The notes beneath the pieces were generated by a model that did no database searches, had not been told where the DNA came from, and saw only the letters and a program-made list of their open reading frames with translations. A stretch of DNA of 64,000 nt from positions 94,364,001 to 94,428,000 of the forward strand of contig OZ024740.1 in NCBI GenBank assembly GCA_964016885.1, in the 5' to 3' direction. Source of the stretch: Eledone cirrhosa. Its lineage: Eukaryota. Below are positions 62,385-64,000 of the stretch, piece after piece. The stretch's first letter is position 1. Each line of letters opens with the position of its first letter. Position numbers and translations under genes: made by a program.

Positions 62385-64000
62385 TCCTTGAATCTCAGTC
62401 ATTGATGTTGGTCAACTGGAAAGTCCGTTGGATTGAATATCAAGCCACTACCTGCAGCCTCAGATATTCAGGACGTATCGGAGGGTTCTTGCCGTTCCAA
62501 GCAAGCATGCCTTTTGAAGCGTTCCAAAAAGCGTGAAGGGGCCGATTTTCTTTAACCATCCCTGGAAACCTTTGGAGATAGTCCCCAGTGCGCCTATGAC
62601 AATCGGGATCACTTTGACTTCATGGCAGTTCCAAATCCTTTTCACCTCCCACTTTAGGTCCTGGTATCGGTTAATTTTCTCCCTCTCCTTCTCTTGCACT
62701 CTCGTGTCGAACGGGCAGGCCACATCCACAATCAGGCACGATCTTTTTTCTTTGTCCACAACCACCAGGTCAGGTCTATTGTGTTCCAGTTTTTTGTCCG
62801 TCTGTATCCTAAAATCCCACAGCACCTTCACCTGACTGTTCTCCATCACCGCCTCTGGCCTATGCTCATACCATTTCTCAGAATGTGGTAGATTGTTTAC
62901 TTTGCACAGGTGCCAGTGGATCACCCTGCCCATCACATCGTGTCTCCAGCCCTTATAGTGGGTCTGGGCTAGGTGTTTACACTCGGACACAATGTGAGCC
63001 ACAGTCTCCTCTCTCTCTCCACAGATCCTGCACAGTGGGCTAGCCTCCTCCTTGTAGATATGGTGCTTCAACCACTTCGTTTTGAGGGCCTGCTCCTGCG
63101 CAGCCATTAGCATTCCTTCTGTAGCCTTTTTGAGGTCTCCTCTTCTCAACCAGTTCCATGTCTGTGGATCTCTAAATTCAGTTTTCTCAAAGAAGGTACT
63201 ATGAAGGGATTTTCCCTTAAGGCTGCTCTTCCTCCTTGATGTTATTTCCTCCTTGGGTATCCCCTGGCATACTGTCCCCTCCTTCAGTACAGCTCTGAGC
63301 ATTGGCTCCTTACTATAGGTCACGTATTTGTATAGGTTGTTTTTCTCTATCTGAACACAGTCCTCTATGCTGATAAGACCTCTTCCACCCTCAGATCTCC
63401 TTAGGTAGAGTCTATCGACATCACTCCTCTTGTGGAACATGTTGTAGATAGTCAATAGCTTCCTAGTCTTCCTATCCATTTCTTTTTGTTCAGCAACATT
63501 CCATCTCAGAATTCCCGCACTGTACCTAATAATAGACACAGCTCGGGAATTTACTGCGCTTATGGCATTTCTGCTGTTCAGATGTGACTTCAATACGCTC
63601 CTTACTCTCCGAATGTATTCAGTTCTTAACAATTCCTTCATTTTTTTGTTCTTTATGCCATCAGCCTCCACAACGCCCAAATACTTGTATCCTTCCTCAG
63701 AGTCAATTTCCTTTATCATCTCACCTGTTGGTATCTGCATTCCGTTACTTCTGCTCAACCTACCCCTCCTCATCACAATGACTCCACATTTACCAATACC
63801 AAACTGCATACATATATCACTGCTGAAAATACGGACAGTGTCAACAAGCACATCCAACTCCTTCTCACTTTTCCCGAAGAGCTTAAGATCGTCCATGAAG
63901 AGGAGGTGATTGATGGTAAGCTCTCCCCTTCCCAACTTGTATCCTGCTCTCACTTTTCGCAGCATAATGGTCAAGGGCATCAGGGCAAGGACAAACAACA
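62385..64000 (-). mobile_element. R4/Dong-like element, family B, 3' part (continues beyond the window)
   Basis: Open ORF, short 3' UTR and (TAA)n tail on the minus strand; clearly diverged from family A. Confidence 0.9.
62460..63998 (-). CDS. C-terminal 512 aa of an RT-CCHC-RLE protein, uninterrupted (5'-partial)
   Basis: NHLLFMDDLKLF, YKYLG, RLYLRRSEGGRGL, CRIC..ETVAHIVSEC..RHD, NRPDLV, DVACP, EKINRY, PIVIGALG. Confidence 0.92.
   Translation of the reverse strand: MFVLALMPLTIMLRKVRAGYKLGRGELTINHLLFMDDLKLFGKSEKELDVLVDTVRIFSSDICMQFGIGKCGVIVMRRGRLSRSNGMQIPTGEMIKEIDSEEGYKYLGVVEADGIKNKKMKELLRTEYIRRVRSVLKSHLNSRNAISAVNSRAVSIIRYSAGILRWNVAEQKEMDRKTRKLLTIYNMFHKRSDVDRLYLRRSEGGRGLISIEDCVQIEKNNLYKYVTYSKEPMLRAVLKEGTVCQGIPKEEITSRRKSSLKGKSLHSTFFEKTEFRDPQTWNWLRRGDLKKATEGMLMAAQEQALKTKWLKHHIYKEEASPLCRICGEREETVAHIVSECKHLAQTHYKGWRHDVMGRVIHWHLCKVNNLPHSEKWYEHRPEAVMENSQVKVLWDFRIQTDKKLEHNRPDLVVVDKEKRSCLIVDVACPFDTRVQEKEREKINRYQDLKWEVKRIWNCHEVKVIPIVIGALGTISKGFQGWLKKIGPFTLFGTLQKACLLGTARTLRYVLNI

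Overview
An AT-rich, microsatellite-dense eukaryotic window. A tRNA-derived SINE recalled from octopus DNA suggests a cephalopod source, which is an inference. I find no supportable host gene; almost everything recognisable is a mobile element. These are a decayed CRE-clade LINE (0.6-2.9 kb), several Penelope-like element (PLE) remnants with inverted or tandem terminal repeats, SINEs, a non-autonomous Helitron (43.9-46.3 kb), and a pile-up of Tx1/L1-like and R4/Dong-like LINEs at (ATT)n tracts (49.9-64 kb), including one intact 1139-aa ORF2. The most interesting signal is non-coding. Two unrelated tandem arrays (a 310-bp unit x8.3 at 14.3-16.9 kb, and a ~445-bp unit x6.6 at 34.1-37.1 kb) carry a complete minimal type I hammerhead ribozyme (HHR) in every full unit, each with a palindromic stem III and a GUA cleavage site. 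They look like non-LTR retrozymes (circular-RNA retroelements probably mobilised by PLEs). At least three further HHR families are dispersed through the window, one with covarying base pairs. All structures were read by eye; no folding or database search was run.
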